Assembly (NCBI GenBank): GCA_040752575.1 | Contig: JBFMGK010000066.1 | Location: 57,185 to 121,184, forward strand | Direction: 5' to 3' | Origin: Candidatus Bipolaricaulota bacterium | Lineage (GTDB): Bacteria > Bipolaricaulota > Bipolaricaulia > UBA7950 > UBA9294 | DNA length: 64,000 nt | Part shown: piece after piece, positions 19,898-31,113 of the stretch | How positions within the stretch are numbered: position 1 is the first letter of the stretch | Layout: every line of letters starts with the position of its first letter | Program-made: the position numbers and the translations under genes | Notes under the pieces: model-generated | Database searches by the model: none | Seen by the model: only the letters and a program-made list of their open reading frames with translations | Told to the model about the DNA's origin: nothing

Positions 19898-20346
19898 CAG
19901 GCAATCACCTCGGCTCTGCCGCCGGCCGCCTCGATCTTGCGCTTCGCCTCCGCGCCAAAGCGATGTGCCCGCACGGTGAGCGGCTTCGTGATCTCCCCTC
20001 GTCCGAGCACCTTCACCAGCACGTCGCGCCCGTTGACCAACCGCATCTCCATAAGACGCTCCGGGGTTACAGCGTCGTTCGCCGCGAATCGCTCGTCGAG
20101 CGTATCCACGTTCACGCACGCGTATTCCACTCGCGCGATGTTGTGGAAACCCCGCTTCGGAACGCGCATCCAGATTGGCGTTTGACCGCCCTCGTATCCA
20201 AGGCGCGTGCCCCCGCCCGAGCGCGAGTTCTGCCCCTTCATGCCACGCCCCACGGTGTGACCGCCGTGCCCCGACCCGCCACCCCGTCCGACGCGCTTGC
20301 GCCGGTGCTTGCTCCCCTCGGTCGGGCGAAGATCCTCAAGCCGCAT
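19897..20346 (-). CDS. rplO: 50S ribosomal protein L15
   Basis: RVGRG.GSG, GQNSRSG, EGGQTP, PKRGF. Confidence 0.96.
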   Translation of the reverse strand: MRLEDLRPTEGSKHRRKRVGRGGGSGHGGHTVGRGMKGQNSRSGGGTRLGYEGGQTPIWMRVPKRGFHNIARVEYACVNVDTLDERFAANDAVTPERLMEMRLVNGRDVLVKVLGRGEITKPLTVRAHRFGAEAKRKIEAAGGRAEVIA

Positions 20347-20833
20347 GGGCGACCTCCTCAGGTGCCGCGATGCCGCGCAGCGCCTCGATCTCGCGCCGGC
20401 TGCGGAGCTGCGCGAGCCCATCCAGAGCGGCTCTCGACAGCGTCAGCGGGTTCGTGGTGCCAATGGACTTCGTGAGCACGTTCTCGATGCCGGCCAATCG
20501 GCAAATCGCGCCCACCGTGACGCCCGCGATGATCCCCGTTCCCGGGTGGGCCGGCTTCAACAGGACGTGGCCGGCCTTGAATCGGCCGTGCACTTCGTGC
20601 GGGATCGTCAAGCCGTCCATATTCACGGTGACCATAGCCTTCTTGGCGTCGCGAATCGCCTGCTGGATAGCGCGCGGGATCTCCGTCGTGCTCCCAACGC
20701 CGACTCCGACGTGACCCTTGCGGTCTCCGACGACCATCGTCACTCGGAACCGCAGGTTCCGGCCACCCTTCGTGACCTTGCTCACGCGCCGGATGTCGAT
20801 GATCTCGTTCTCGAACTCGTCGTGGCTGATCAA
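20336..20833 (-). CDS. rpsE: 30S ribosomal protein S5
   Basis: RVSKVTKGGR, LKPAHPGTGIIAG; probable TTG start at 20833. Confidence 0.95.
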   Translation of the reverse strand: MISHDEFENEIIDIRRVSKVTKGGRNLRFRVTMVVGDRKGHVGVGVGSTTEIPRAIQQAIRDAKKAMVTVNMDGLTIPHEVHGRFKAGHVLLKPAHPGTGIIAGVTVGAICRLAGIENVLTKSIGTTNPLTLSRAALDGLAQLRSRREIEALRGIAAPEEVAHAA

Positions 20834-21195
20834 AAGTCCAGTCCTCCCTCGCGACAAGCCTCCGCAAAGGCCGATATCACGCCATGGTACGGGTATCCAC
20901 CCCGATCGAAGACGACGGCCACGACGCCGGCTTTCGCCGCCCGTTCCGCCAGTTTCGCCGCGACCTTCGCCGCTGCCACGCGGTTGGGCCCCTTCACGTC
21001 GCTACGCACCTCAGGGTCAAGCGTCGACGCCTGCGCGAGGGTTCGCCCCGCTCCGTCGTCGATCACCTGGGCGTAGAGGTGATGCAGCGTCTTCGTCACG
21101 CAGAGCCGAGGCCGCACGCTCGATCCGACCACGTGTTTGCGGATCCGGCGGTGACGCTTCTCGCGCTCAGCGGCTCGGTTCGTCAGCCTGGCCAT
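20830..21195 (-). CDS. rplR: 50S ribosomal protein L18
   Basis: RPRL, YAQVIDD, FDRGGYPYHG. Confidence 0.96.
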   Translation of the reverse strand: MARLTNRAAEREKRHRRIRKHVVGSSVRPRLCVTKTLHHLYAQVIDDGAGRTLAQASTLDPEVRSDVKGPNRVAAAKVAAKLAERAAKAGVVAVVFDRGGYPYHGVISAFAEACREGGLDF

Positions 21196-21209
21196 TCTTC
21201 CCACGCTCC

Positions 21210-21764
21210 CTAGCTCGCCCCGCCGGGGCCGCCCAGCTTGCCCGCCTTCTGAATGACGATCTCGTCCTTGTAACGGATCCCCTTGCCGTCGTACACGTTG
21301 GGCTTGCGCAGCGCGCGGATCTTCGCGGCCACCTGCCCGACCTCGCGCTTGTCGGCGCCGCGCAGGACGATCTCATTCGGATTCGGCAGTTCGGCCTCGA
21401 TGCCTTGCGGCAGGGGGTACTCCTTCGGCCCGGCGTAACCGAGGTCGAGGATGAGGGTCGTTCCCTGAAGCCGACCGCGGTAGCCAAGCCCCTTGATGAC
21501 AAGGGTCTTCTCCCAGCGATCGGAGACCCCCTTGACCATGTTCGCGAGGAGGCTCCGGTACAGGCCGTGGTACGCGCGGTACTCCTTGCCCTCTTTGCGC
21601 CGCGTTACGGAGGCTTGGCCGGAGGCGACGACGATCTCGACCATGTCAGGACGATACGTCTGTACAAGCCGCCCGTGTTTGCCCTCGACAACCATGGCCC
21701 CGGCTTCGACCTTGACCGTGACACCGGCCGGAATCGCGACGGGCACCTTCCCCACTTTGGACAT
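21210..21764 (-). CDS. rplF: 50S ribosomal protein L6
   Basis: MSKVGKVP, GLGYR, YDGKGIRY. Confidence 0.96.
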   Translation of the reverse strand: MSKVGKVPVAIPAGVTVKVEAGAMVVEGKHGRLVQTYRPDMVEIVVASGQASVTRRKEGKEYRAYHGLYRSLLANMVKGVSDRWEKTLVIKGLGYRGRLQGTTLILDLGYAGPKEYPLPQGIEAELPNPNEIVLRGADKREVGQVAAKIRALRKPNVYDGKGIRYKDEIVIQKAGKLGGPGGAS

Positions 21765-21776
21765 CGTGCACTCCCC

Positions 21777-22181
21777 CTACCAGACCTCGCAGAGCACCTC
21801 GCCGCCGAGCCCGCGCTCGCGGGCCTCGCGTCCCGAGAGGACGCCCTGCGACGTCGACACAACGCAAATCCCCATACCGCCGAGCGGCTGCGGGATATCG
21901 TCTCGTCCGACATAGACGCGGCGACTCGGCTTGCTCACCAGCCGGATCTCGCTGATCGCCCGCCGCGCCCGATTCCGTTCTCCCTGATACTTCAGTCGGA
22001 TGACCAGCTGCGGCTGAGGGGCGGCTTCCACGACTTCGAAGCCATCGATGTACCCTTCTTGCGCCAGGATGCGGGCAAGCGCTTCTTTCAGCCGTGAGTG
22101 CGGCATTGTCAGGCTGTCGTGGAGTCGTGAGTTTGCGTTACGGATCCTCGTCAGCATGTCCCCGATTGGATACGGAATCAT
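21777..22181 (-). CDS. rpsH: 30S ribosomal protein S8
   Basis: DMLTRIRNA, SKPSRRVY, GGEVLC. Confidence 0.96.
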   Translation of the reverse strand: MIPYPIGDMLTRIRNANSRLHDSLTMPHSRLKEALARILAQEGYIDGFEVVEAAPQPQLVIRLKYQGERNRARRAISEIRLVSKPSRRVYVGRDDIPQPLGGMGICVVSTSQGVLSGREARERGLGGEVLCEVW

Positions 22182-22190
22182 CAGCTCCTC

Positions 22191-22376
22191 CTACCAGCTC
22201 GACTTCCTGATCCCCGGAATCTCCCCGCGGTGCGCAAGCTTGCGGAAACAGAGCCGGCAGATCCCGAAGTCGCGGATGAAGGCATGCGGTCGCCCACACA
22301 GCGTGCAACGGTGGTACTTCCGCGCCGCGAACTTCGGCGTCATCTTGCACTTGTTGATCAGTGCCTTCCTCGCCAT
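22191..22376 (-). CDS. rpsN: 30S ribosomal protein S14 (type Z, zinc)
   Basis: [22 protein letters not shown]. Confidence 0.96.
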   Translation of the reverse strand: MARKALINKCKMTPKFAARKYHRCTLCGRPHAFIRDFGICRLCFRKLAHRGEIPGIRKSSW

Positions 22377-22385
22377 CCGTCCCCC

Positions 22386-22922
22386 TTAGTCGTTGAACGG
22401 GAACCCGAGCGCCTTGAGGAGGGCATACCCCTCGCGGTCGTCCCGCGCGCTGGTCACAATCGTGATGTCCATCCCTTGCGTCTTCACGATCTCGTTGTAC
22501 TCGATCTCCGGGAACGTAAGCTGCTCCGAGAGTCCGATCGTGTAGTTGCCTCGGCCGTCGAAGGACGACGCGGACAACCCGCGGAAGTCGCGGATGCCGG
22601 GAAGAACCGCGTTGAACAGCTTGTTCAAGAACTCGTACGCCCGCGAACCGCGAAGCGTGACGCGGCAGCCAATCGGGTCGCCCAGAGTCAGCTTGAAGTC
22701 CGAGATGGACTTTCGCGCCTTCGTCACGACCGGTTTCTGCCCAGCGATCTTTGTCAGGTTCTGCACGGCGCCCTCGAGCACTTTGGGGTTATCCTTGTCC
22801 CCTACGCCCATGTTGACGACGACCTTGACAACCCGCGGCACCTGCATCGGGTTAGACAAGCCAAGCTGCTCCTGAAGCTTCGGAGCGACCTCTGCGACGT
22901 ACCGCTCATGTAGAAGCATCAC
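22386..22922 (-). CDS. rplE: 50S ribosomal protein L5
   Basis: [23 protein letters not shown]. Confidence 0.96.
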   Translation of the reverse strand: MMLLHERYVAEVAPKLQEQLGLSNPMQVPRVVKVVVNMGVGDKDNPKVLEGAVQNLTKIAGQKPVVTKARKSISDFKLTLGDPIGCRVTLRGSRAYEFLNKLFNAVLPGIRDFRGLSASSFDGRGNYTIGLSEQLTFPEIEYNEIVKTQGMDITIVTSARDDREGYALLKALGFPFND

Positions 22923-23230
22923 TCAAACGTCTCCCCGCACTTCTTGCACTTGCGCATCTTCTTTCCGTCGACGGTCTCGAACCCAACGCGCGTCGGAGCG
23001 TCGCACTCCGGGCAGATCGGGAGCACGTTGGTCCAGTGAATCGGGCCCTCGCGCTTGATGATCCCCGGCTGCCGCAGGTTTTGCGTCGCACGCTGGTGTT
23101 TCGTGATCATGTTCACGTTCTCGACCAGCACGCGGCGCTTCTCCGGGATGACACTCAGTACGCGGCCAATCTTTCCCCGGTCATCCCCCGAGATCACCTG
23201 GACGCGGTCTCCTTTGCGTATGTTTCTCAT
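22919..23230 (-). CDS. rplX: 50S ribosomal protein L24
   Basis: [15 protein letters not shown] motif, EGPIH, zinc ribbon CPEC...CKKC. Confidence 0.96.
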   Translation of the reverse strand: MRNIRKGDRVQVISGDDRGKIGRVLSVIPEKRRVLVENVNMITKHQRATQNLRQPGIIKREGPIHWTNVLPICPECDAPTRVGFETVDGKKMRKCKKCGETFE

Positions 23231-23241
23231 CGCCGCCTCCC

Positions 23242-23610
23242 CTAGAGGACTTCCGGCGCAAGCGAGATGATGCGCATCATCTTCTTGTCCCGAAGCTCGC
23301 GCGCCACCGGACCGAACACACGCGTTCCGATGGGCTCGCCCTGCGTGTTGATCAGCACGATGGCGTTGTCATCAAAGCGGATGTACGTGCCGTCCTCACG
23401 CCGGTAGGCGCTTCGCGTTCGGACGATGACCCCACGTACAATCTGCCCCTTCTCGATGTCGCTCGTCGGCAGCCGCTTGCGCACCGAGCCTACGACGATG
23501 TCGCCGATCTCCCCGACACGGCGGTTCGACGGTCCGAGGACGTTGAAGCAGCGTACGACCTTCGCCCCCGAGTTGTCCGCCACCTTGAGCATGGTCTGCA
23601 TCTGAATCAT
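23242..23610 (-). CDS. rplN: 50S ribosomal protein L14
   Basis: [23 protein letters not shown]. Confidence 0.97.
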   Translation of the reverse strand: MIQMQTMLKVADNSGAKVVRCFNVLGPSNRRVGEIGDIVVGSVRKRLPTSDIEKGQIVRGVIVRTRSAYRREDGTYIRFDDNAIVLINTQGEPIGTRVFGPVARELRDKKMMRIISLAPEVL

Positions 23611-23611
23611 G

Positions 23612-23857
23612 CTACTGCACCGCCTTCTCGACGACCTCGACGAGCCGCCAGTGCTTCGTCCGACTCAGCGGGCGGCACTCTTCGATGCGCACAAGATCTC
23701 CGATCTTCGCCTGCTGCTGAGGGTCGTCGGCGTGGAACTTCGCGTGGCGCGTGATGTGCTTCCGGTACTGCGGATGAAGACGGTGCTCTTCCACGCTGAC
23801 CACGATCGTCTGCGTCATGCGGTCGCTGACCACGCGACCGGTCTTGGTCTTCTTCAT
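23612..23857 (-). CDS. rpsQ: 30S ribosomal protein S17
   Basis: [21 protein letters not shown]. Confidence 0.96.
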   Translation of the reverse strand: MKKTKTGRVVSDRMTQTIVVSVEEHRLHPQYRKHITRHAKFHADDPQQQAKIGDLVRIEECRPLSRTKHWRLVEVVEKAVQ

Positions 23858-24054
23858 CGCCGCTCCTCCCGCGCCTTCTCCGCCGCGACGGTCATGGCCC
23901 GCGCAACCTCGCGCCGCGCCTTCCGTAGCTCGGCGATCTTGTCAAGCTGCCCCGTGGCCCGCTGAAAGCGCAGGTTGAACAACCTCCGTTTGCGCTCCTG
24001 GATCTCCGCTTCGAGTTCGCGCAGGGTCTTGTCGCGCAGGGCCTGCGTCTTCAT
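23854..24054 (-). CDS. rpmC: 50S ribosomal protein L29
   Basis: [13 protein letters not shown]; operon position. Confidence 0.95.
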   Translation of the reverse strand: MKTQALRDKTLRELEAEIQERKRRLFNLRFQRATGQLDKIAELRKARREVARAMTVAAEKAREERR

Positions 24055-24482
24055 ACCTCTCCTCCTAGGACCGCGCGCCGCTTGAGCCGCGTCCGCACGG
24101 GGAGCTTGTTTCCGACGAGGTAGTGAACCTGTTTTGCCTGGTCCTCGGTGACGCCGGAAATCTCGAACAAGACGCTTCCCGGCCGCACGACGGCCACCCA
24201 GTGGTCGACCGGGCCCTTCCCCTTTCCCATTCGTGCCTCAGCCGGATGCTTCGTAATCGGCTTGTCGGGGAAGATGCGGATCCAAAGGCGCGCGCCACGC
24301 TGGGTCGTTCTGGCAATCGTCGTTCGGCAAGCCTCGATCTGCGCTTGCGTGATCCAGCAGGCTTCGAGCGACTGGATCCCAAACTCGCCGAACGCGATCT
24401 GATTCCCGCGCGTCGCCTGACCGTCCTTGCGTCCGCGGTGGGTCTTGCGGTACTTCGTCCTCTTCGGAAACAGCAATGGCAT
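24051..24482 (-). CDS. rplP: 50S ribosomal protein L16
   Basis: [24 protein letters not shown]. Confidence 0.97.
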   Translation of the reverse strand: MPLLFPKRTKYRKTHRGRKDGQATRGNQIAFGEFGIQSLEACWITQAQIEACRTTIARTTQRGARLWIRIFPDKPITKHPAEARMGKGKGPVDHWVAVVRPGSVLFEISGVTEDQAKQVHYLVGNKLPVRTRLKRRAVLGGEV

Positions 24483-24484
24483 GT

Positions 24485-25138
24485 TTACTTCACCTCATCG
24501 CGGCGAGCCCGCGGAGAACGTTCACCGCGGAACACCCATGCCTTGACGCCGATGTTGCCGTACTTGGTTCGCGCTTCCACAAGGCCGTAGTCGATGTCGG
24601 CTCGGAGGGTCTGAAGGGGGATCCTGCCCTCTTTCATCGTGATCGAGCGCGCGATGTCCGTCCCGCCGAGGCGCCCACTCACCTTCATCTTCACGCCCTC
24701 AGCCCCGGCGCCCATGACCCGGCGAATCGCTTCTTTCATCGCCCGCGCCGGCGCGGTTCGGTTCTCAATCTGCAGAGCCACGTCCTGGGCGACGAGTCGC
24801 GCTTCGAGGTCCGGACGGTCGATCTCCTGAATCGAGACCTTGACGTTTCGCCGCGTCAGATCCTCGAGCGCTCGCTGAAGCAGCTCGATCTCGCTCCCGC
24901 CTCGCCCAATGATGATGCCCGGTCGCGCCGAACGGATGACGATCGAGACGCGATCTTCCTTCGACCGCTCGATGTTCACCTCGGCGACCGCTGCTCGGCG
25001 GTACCGATCCAACACGAGGTCGCGGATCCGCTTGTCCTCGGCGATGTACTCCGGCGCAAGACGCGGGTTGTACCAGTTGGACACCCACTTGCGCGTAACG
25101 CCGATCCGGAACCCCACCGGGTTGATCTTCTGGCCCAT
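24485..25138 (-). CDS. rpsC: 30S ribosomal protein S3
   Basis: MGQKINPVGFR, RPGIIIG, PLQTLRADIDY. Confidence 0.97.
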   Translation of the reverse strand: MGQKINPVGFRIGVTRKWVSNWYNPRLAPEYIAEDKRIRDLVLDRYRRAAVAEVNIERSKEDRVSIVIRSARPGIIIGRGGSEIELLQRALEDLTRRNVKVSIQEIDRPDLEARLVAQDVALQIENRTAPARAMKEAIRRVMGAGAEGVKMKVSGRLGGTDIARSITMKEGRIPLQTLRADIDYGLVEARTKYGNIGVKAWVFRGERSPRARRDEVK

Positions 25139-25141
25139 TCG

Positions 25142-25486
25142 CTACGCCCCCCTGTCGCCGACCACGATCGTGATGTGGCTCGTGTGGTGCCGAATCACGT
25201 CCGCCCGACCGTACGCACGGGGTTGCATCCGCCGAAGCGAGCGCCCCATGTCGACCGTCGCACGTACGACGAACAGCTTGTCGACGTCGACGTCGTAGCT
25301 GTTCTCCGCATTGGCGATCGCGGACTCGAGCGTCTTGCGGATGGGAAGCGCCGCTTTCTTGCTCGACAGCTGAACGATGCGCAACGCGTCGTTCACGTTC
25401 TTGCCGCGAATCGCATCGACCACCAGCCGCGCCTTTCGCGGCGACATGCGGACGAACCGCGCAATTGCCCGTGCTTCCATAGTCAT
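25142..25486 (-). CDS. rplV: 50S ribosomal protein L22
   Basis: SPRKARLV, SAIANA, PRAYGRA. Confidence 0.96.
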   Translation of the reverse strand: MTMEARAIARFVRMSPRKARLVVDAIRGKNVNDALRIVQLSSKKAALPIRKTLESAIANAENSYDVDVDKLFVVRATVDMGRSLRRMQPRAYGRADVIRHHTSHITIVVGDRGA

Positions 25487-25491
25487 ACTCC

Positions 25492-25776
25492 CTATGTCAG
25501 GCCTGGTGCCTTCTTCTTCTTCATCCCGCCGTGGCTTCGGAAGGTCCTCGTCGCCGCGAACTCGCCCAGCTTGTGCCCGACCATATTCTCGACGATGTAG
25601 ACCGGAATGAAGATCTTCCCGTTGTGGACCTTGATCGTAAGCCCGACCATCTCCGGGGTGACCATCGAGGATCTCGACCAGGTCTTGATCTCTTTCGAGT
25701 CGCCCCGCTTGGCCTTCTGAACCTTCTCGAGAAGGCTCTCGCTTACGAAGGGTCCCTTCTTCGTCGATCTCGCCAT
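25492..25776 (-). CDS. rpsS: 30S ribosomal protein S19
   Basis: [20 protein letters not shown]. Confidence 0.97.
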   Translation of the reverse strand: MARSTKKGPFVSESLLEKVQKAKRGDSKEIKTWSRSSMVTPEMVGLTIKVHNGKIFIPVYIVENMVGHKLGEFAATRTFRSHGGMKKKKAPGLT

Positions 25777-25788
25777 CAGCGTCTCCCT

Positions 25789-26625
25789 CTACCGACGACC
25801 CTCGTTGGCCCGGCGCACGATGAGCTCCGTGCTCTTCTTGCGTGGGTTACGGGTTCGCCCGCCCTTCGCCGTCTTGCCGGTCGGCGAGACCTTCGGGCCG
25901 CCTACGTGACCGCGACCCTCGCCACCACCGTGGGGGTGGTCCACCGGGTTCATGGCCGTACCGCGGACCTCCGGCTTCCATCCAAGATGTCGAAGCCTTC
26001 CGGCCTTCCCATGCTTTACGTTCTTGTGATCGGGATTGGACACCTCGCCGATCGTCGCTCGGCAGTCGGTCTGGAACACGCGAACCTCGCCCGACGGAAG
26101 CCGGACGTGGGCCCGGTTCTCCTCCTTGCCGATGAGCTTCGCCGAGGTGCCCGCCGAGCGGGCAATGGCTCCACCGCTGCGCGGATAGAACTCAAGGTTG
26201 TGAATCGTCGACCCTAGTGGGATTCTGGCAAGCGGCAGGCAGTTGCCCACCGCCACCTCCGCCTTGTCTCCCGACTCCACGACCGCGCCGATCGGCAACT
26301 CGACCGGAGCGAGCATGTACCGTTTCTCGCCGTCGGCGTAGTGCAACAACGTGATCCACGCCGAGCGATTCGGGTCATACTCGCGCGTTACCACGCGGGC
26401 CGGAATTCCTTCCTTGTCGCGCCGGAAGTCGACGACGCGGTACTGATGCTTGTGGCCACCGCCACGCCAGCGCGCAGTGATCTTCCCTTGATTGTTTCGT
26501 CCCGCCGTCTTTTTCTGCGGGCGCAGGAGGCTCTTCTCCGGTGCAACCTGTGAGAGCTCACGGTAGTCCGGCAGTTCCGCGTGTCGCCTCCCGGGCGAGG
26601 TTGGCTTGTATCGTTTCAGGCCCAT
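25789..26625 (-). CDS. rplB: 50S ribosomal protein L2
   Basis: GRNNQG, EYDPNRSA, AMNPVDHPHGGGEG. Confidence 0.97.
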   Translation of the reverse strand: MGLKRYKPTSPGRRHAELPDYRELSQVAPEKSLLRPQKKTAGRNNQGKITARWRGGGHKHQYRVVDFRRDKEGIPARVVTREYDPNRSAWITLLHYADGEKRYMLAPVELPIGAVVESGDKAEVAVGNCLPLARIPLGSTIHNLEFYPRSGGAIARSAGTSAKLIGKEENRAHVRLPSGEVRVFQTDCRATIGEVSNPDHKNVKHGKAGRLRHLGWKPEVRGTAMNPVDHPHGGGEGRGHVGGPKVSPTGKTAKGGRTRNPRKKSTELIVRRANEGRR

Positions 26626-26631
26626 CCCGTA

Positions 26632-26931
26632 CTACCCTCCCATCATCTCAATGCGGTCGCCCGGCGCAAGCCGAACCGTTGCCTTCCGCCATCGCGACGT
26701 AGCCCCGTGCAGCTGACTCAGACGTTCGCGGCGCGGCTTCCCAGAAACGTTGGCCGTCCATACCTTCTCGACTCTGACCTTGAAGAGCTCCTCGATGGCC
26801 TTCCGGATCTGAATCTTGTTCGCGCCAAGCGCGACGCGGAAGACGTACTTCCGATCCTCCATCTCCCGCCACGTGCCCTCGGTGAGCACCGGGGCCAAGA
26901 CAATGTCCTCGGCATGCGTCAGTCTGGCCAT
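26632..26931 (-). CDS. rplW: 50S ribosomal protein L23
   Basis: PVLTE, ANKIQIRKAIEELF, WRKA. Confidence 0.95.
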   Translation of the reverse strand: MARLTHAEDIVLAPVLTEGTWREMEDRKYVFRVALGANKIQIRKAIEELFKVRVEKVWTANVSGKPRRERLSQLHGATSRWRKATVRLAPGDRIEMMGG

Positions 26932-26933
26932 CT

Positions 26934-27566
26934 CTACGACACCCTCCCCCGGAGCTCATCCACGGCTCCGCTCGTCAAGATGAGGAAGTCGTGCCGCAGA
27001 ATGTCGTAGACGTTGATCCCGCACCCCGCGATGCACTTCACCTTCGGGAGGTTGGTGAAGGACTTCTTCACGGCACGCCCGAACTCGGTCGTCGCCACGA
27101 CCACCAGCGCGCTGCCCTCGACGCCGAGGCGGCTCAACAGCGCGACGGCCGTTTTCGTCTTTGGCTCCGCAAACGCCATCTGATCGACAACGAGCAGACG
27201 GCCCTCGCTGGCTCGATCGGAGAGAGCCGAGGCCAGTGCGCCAAGCCGCATCTTCTTCGTCAGCGACATCTCGTAGGACCTCGGCTTGGGGCCGAACGTC
27301 GTTCCGCCCCCAACCCAAATCGGGGACCGTCGCGACCCCTGGCGGGCGCGGCCCGTTCCCTTCTGTCGCCACGGCTTTCGGCCGCCGCCCCGCACTTCGC
27401 CTCGCGTCTTGGTGCACGCCGTGCCCTGACGGCGGTTTGCGAGCTGCAGGCGAACCATTCGGTAGAGGAGATCCTTGTTCACCTCAACGCCGAACAACTG
27501 GTCGTCGAGCGAGATCGTCGAAGGCGTCGAGGTGCCCGAGAATGCAAAAAGCTTCGCTTCAACCAT
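26934..27566 (-). CDS. rplD: 50S ribosomal protein L4
   Basis: [21 protein letters not shown]. Confidence 0.97.
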   Translation of the reverse strand: MVEAKLFAFSGTSTPSTISLDDQLFGVEVNKDLLYRMVRLQLANRRQGTACTKTRGEVRGGGRKPWRQKGTGRARQGSRRSPIWVGGGTTFGPKPRSYEMSLTKKMRLGALASALSDRASEGRLLVVDQMAFAEPKTKTAVALLSRLGVEGSALVVVATTEFGRAVKKSFTNLPKVKCIAGCGINVYDILRHDFLILTSGAVDELRGRVS

Positions 27567-28182
27567 GGCGCTTCCCCAGTTCCAAGAGGCTGCCGCGGGC
27601 GCCCGGCGTTGCGCCCTTCAGGATGAGAAGGTTCCGCTCCGCGTCCACCTTGAGGACGCGAAGTCCCCGCACGGTCACGCGACGGTCCCCTGTGTGTCCG
27701 GGCATCTTGCGTCCTTTGATGATCCGCCCCGGCTCGACGTGGCATCCGACCGACCCGGGTCGCCGATGGAACTTCGAGCCATGCGTGTCCGGGCCGCCAC
27801 GGAAGTCCCAGCGTTTCACGACGCCCTGGAATCCTAAGCCGCGCGACATCCCGCAGACGTCCACTTCGTCGCCTTCGGCGAACGAGTCGAGGCCCACCAC
27901 GTCGCCGACCTTGTACGCCGAGACATCGTCGACGCGAATCTCAAACAGACGTCGATGGGCCGCGACTCCAGCCTTCTTGAAGTGACCGGCCATCGGCTGG
28001 GAGACCTTCGACGCTTTGACCGCGCCATACCCCAGCTGGAGGGCGTCGTACCCATCGGTTTCTTTGGTCTTGATCTGCACGACTGTGCAGGGGCTCGCCT
28101 CGATCACCGTCACACCAACCGCGCGGTCATCGACGAAGAGCTGCGTCATGCCGATCTTCTTCCCGAGCAATCTCCGAGCCAT
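27559..28182 (-). CDS. rplC: 50S ribosomal protein L3
   Basis: GKKIGMTQ, GFQGVVKRW, HRRPGS, KMPG. Confidence 0.97.
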   Translation of the reverse strand: MARRLLGKKIGMTQLFVDDRAVGVTVIEASPCTVVQIKTKETDGYDALQLGYGAVKASKVSQPMAGHFKKAGVAAHRRLFEIRVDDVSAYKVGDVVGLDSFAEGDEVDVCGMSRGLGFQGVVKRWDFRGGPDTHGSKFHRRPGSVGCHVEPGRIIKGRKMPGHTGDRRVTVRGLRVLKVDAERNLLILKGATPGARGSLLELGKRHG

Positions 28183-28201
28183 CCGACCCACCCTCCGTGC
28201 C

Positions 28202-28510
28202 TTACAGCTTGATCTCGATGTCGATCCCGGTCGGCAATTCGATGTCCATCAGCGCGTTGATCGTCTCGGAGGTCGGCTCCTTGATGTCCAGAAGGCGCGT
28301 GTGGATTCGCCGTTCGAAGTGCTCCATGGAACGCTTGTCGATATGCGGGGAGCGGAGCACGGTGTAGACGCGCCGCTCGGTGGGAAGCGGGATCGGACCC
28401 GCGATCTTCGCGCGCGTCTCTTTCGCCGACTCGACGATTCTCCGAACCGAGCTGTCGACGAGCTCGTGATCGTAACCCCGCAGCTTGATCCGGATCTTCT
28501 CTCTCGCCAT
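28202..28510 (-). CDS. rpsJ: 30S ribosomal protein S10
   Basis: KIRIKL, GPIPLPT, RSPH. Confidence 0.97.
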   Translation of the reverse strand: MAREKIRIKLRGYDHELVDSSVRRIVESAKETRAKIAGPIPLPTERRVYTVLRSPHIDKRSMEHFERRIHTRLLDIKEPTSETINALMDIELPTGIDIEIKL

Positions 28511-28511
28511 G

Positions 28512-30584
28512 TCAGTACCCTCTGCTCTTGACGATCTTCTCTCTCAGCCCTTCCGGGACCACGTCATACCGCGCCACGCGCAACGAGTACGCCGCCCTGC
28601 CCTGACTCAACGAGCGCAGGCGCGTCGCATACCCGAATGTCTCCGCGAGCGGCAACGACACCGCAAGAATCTGCGCGGTTTCGAGAGCCCGCATCGACTG
28701 AACCTCGCCGCGTCGCCGCGCGAGATCCTCCAATACCTCACCCAGATACTCGGCGGGCGTGACGACTTCTCCCTCCATGATCGGTTCGAGAAGCTCAAAC
28801 GCACCCGCGCCATACGCTTTGTGCAACGCGGACGATGTCGCGGCACGAAACGCAAGCTCGGACGAGTCAACCGGATGAAAAGACCCACCGATAACGGTGG
28901 CTCCGATATCGGCGAGAGGATAACCCGCTACCGGCCCGTTTGTCAACGTTCCGCGCAGCGCGCTCTCCACCGCCGCCCGATAGGTCGGTGGGATCTCCTC
29001 GGGAGCCACATCGAAGCGCGTCTCCAGACCACGTCCACGCTCCAGCGGCTCGAGGCGCAGGACCACGTGGGCATACTGGCCGCGCCCGCCAACCTGTCGC
29101 ACGAAGTGCTCCTCGACCACGAGCGGCTCCCGCAACGTCTCGCGATAGGCAACCTGTGGGGTTCCGACGTTCGCATGGACCCGCAGTTCCTCGCGCAGGC
29201 GCCTCACCAGTACCTCAAGATGCAGCTCCCCCATTCCCCCCATGATGATCTGGTCAGTGGTTTCGTCGATGTGGACGTGGAAGGTCGGGTCCTCTTGGGC
29301 CAGCTTCTCGAGCCCCTCCATGAGGTCGGGAAGCTCCGCCTCGGTGCGCGGCTCGACGGCGGTGAATACGACGGGGTCGGGGAACGAGATCGACTCGAGA
29401 AGAATGGGCGCCGCCTTGTCGCACAGCGTGTCTCCGGTCGAGATGTCTTGCGAACCCACAACAGCCACGATGTCCCCTGCATCGGCTTCCTCGAGCGGTG
29501 TCCGCCGGTTGGCGTGCATCCGGAACAGCTTCGTTACGCGGAGTCCCTTGCCCGAGGTCGAGTTGTACGCATGGCCCCCGGCGGACATCTTGCCCGAGTA
29601 GATCCGAACGTACACCAACCGCCCGGCGTAGGGGTCGCTTTGGACCTTGAACGCCAGCGCCGAGAGCGGCGCGTCCGGGTTCGCCGGCCGCTCGCTCCCG
29701 TCGACTCCCCGAACTGCAGGAATGTCCCGCGGCGAGGGCAGGTACCGGACGATGGCGTCAAGCAGGAGCTGGATCCCAACGTTCTGGAATGCGGAGCCGC
29801 CGACGAGCGGAATCAGTCCGTGCTCGATGCAGCCCTTGCGTAATCCCTGGTGGAAGTCCGCCGCCGCAACCGGCCGCCCCTCCAAGTACGCCGCCGCGAC
29901 CCGGTCGTCCACTTCGGCGACGCGCTCCATCGCCAGCTCACGGTAGAACTCCACCTGGTCACGGAGCTCCTGCGGCATGGGCTGACGCTCCATGCGCACG
30001 CCGAACGTCGAGGCGTCCCAGACGACAAGCTCCCGCGCGAGGAGGTCGACAAGGCCGACGAGCTTGCGGTCCGCGTCGCGATGAGGGAGAACCAGCGGGA
30101 CCGCCTTGACGCCGAGGCGTTCCTCGATCATCTCTAGCGTCCCTGTCAAGCTCGACTCCGCGCGATCCAGCTTGTTGACGAAAGCGAGGCGAGGAGTGCC
30201 GTAACGGTCTGCCTGGCGCCACACGGTCTCGGACTGCGACTCGACCATCTCGACACCCGAGAAGACGACGACGCCGCCGTCGAGTACGCGCAGAGACCGT
30301 TCAACTTCCGCCGTGAAGTCGACGTGACCTGGCGTGTCGATCAGGTTGATTCGGTGTCCATCCCAGGGGCAGGTCGTCGCCGCCGAGGTGATGGTGATGC
30401 CCCGCTCGCGCTCCTGGGGCATCCAGTCCATCTCCGTGTCCCCCTCGTGGACCTCCCCCATCTTGTGGATCTGGCCCGTGTAGAAGAGGATTCTCTCGGT
30501 CGTCGTGGTCTTTCCGGCATCGATGTGCGCCATGATGCCGATGTTGCGCACCGTCTCAAGAGCCGGAAGACGAGGGGATGACAT
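28512..30584 (-). CDS. fusA: Elongation factor G
   Basis: [39 protein letters not shown]. Confidence 0.96.
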   Translation of the reverse strand: MSSPRLPALETVRNIGIMAHIDAGKTTTTERILFYTGQIHKMGEVHEGDTEMDWMPQERERGITITSAATTCPWDGHRINLIDTPGHVDFTAEVERSLRVLDGGVVVFSGVEMVESQSETVWRQADRYGTPRLAFVNKLDRAESSLTGTLEMIEERLGVKAVPLVLPHRDADRKLVGLVDLLARELVVWDASTFGVRMERQPMPQELRDQVEFYRELAMERVAEVDDRVAAAYLEGRPVAAADFHQGLRKGCIEHGLIPLVGGSAFQNVGIQLLLDAIVRYLPSPRDIPAVRGVDGSERPANPDAPLSALAFKVQSDPYAGRLVYVRIYSGKMSAGGHAYNSTSGKGLRVTKLFRMHANRRTPLEEADAGDIVAVVGSQDISTGDTLCDKAAPILLESISFPDPVVFTAVEPRTEAELPDLMEGLEKLAQEDPTFHVHIDETTDQIIMGGMGELHLEVLVRRLREELRVHANVGTPQVAYRETLREPLVVEEHFVRQVGGRGQYAHVVLRLEPLERGRGLETRFDVAPEEIPPTYRAAVESALRGTLTNGPVAGYPLADIGATVIGGSFHPVDSSELAFRAATSSALHKAYGAGAFELLEPIMEGEVVTPAEYLGEVLEDLARRRGEVQSMRALETAQILAVSLPLAETFGYATRLRSLSQGRAAYSLRVARYDVVPEGLREKIVKSRGY

Positions 30585-30641
30585 CGACGCCTCTCCGCGG
30601 CGGCCGCCGCGCCGGAACTCGGGCGGGCGACAGCCCACGAC

Positions 30642-31100
30642 CTACCAACGGTAGTGGGCGAACGCCTTGTTGGATTCCGCCATCCGGTGCGCGTCGAGCC
30701 TCTTGGTGTAGGCTTTGCCCTCTTTGCGGGACGCCTCGAGGATCTCGTTGGCGAGCCTCTCCGACATCGTATGCTCGCCACGCTCTCTCGAAGCCGCCAC
30801 GAGCCAACGCAGGGCAAGCGCAATCTGCCGATCGGGTGGAACCTCGTAGGGAACCTGATAGTTCGCGCCCCCGACCCGCCGCGTTCGAACCTCGAGTCGC
30901 GGACAGCAATTCGTGATCGCCTCGTTGAAGACGTCCATCGCCTGCGATCCCGATCGAGCGCCGACAAGGTCCAGGGCGCCATAGACGATGCGCTCCGCGG
31001 TCGGCTTCTTCCCTTCCTGCATGATGTAGTTGATGAGCTTCGTCAGCAACTTGCTGCTGTGACGAATGTCGGGCTTCACGTCTCGGCCGGGGATCTTCAT
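30642..31100 (-). CDS. rpsG: 30S ribosomal protein S7 (N-terminally short)
   Basis: [35 protein letters not shown] before the ATG at 31100. Confidence 0.96.
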   Translation of the reverse strand: MKIPGRDVKPDIRHSSKLLTKLINYIMQEGKKPTAERIVYGALDLVGARSGSQAMDVFNEAITNCCPRLEVRTRRVGGANYQVPYEVPPDRQIALALRWLVAASRERGEHTMSERLANEILEASRKEGKAYTKRLDAHRMAESNKAFAHYRW

Positions 31101-31113
31101 GCTCGTCTCCTCG

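Noticed and set aside
18656..22097. 509-aa and 459-aa plus-strand ORFs
   Set aside because: Antisense to secY and the spc ribosomal genes
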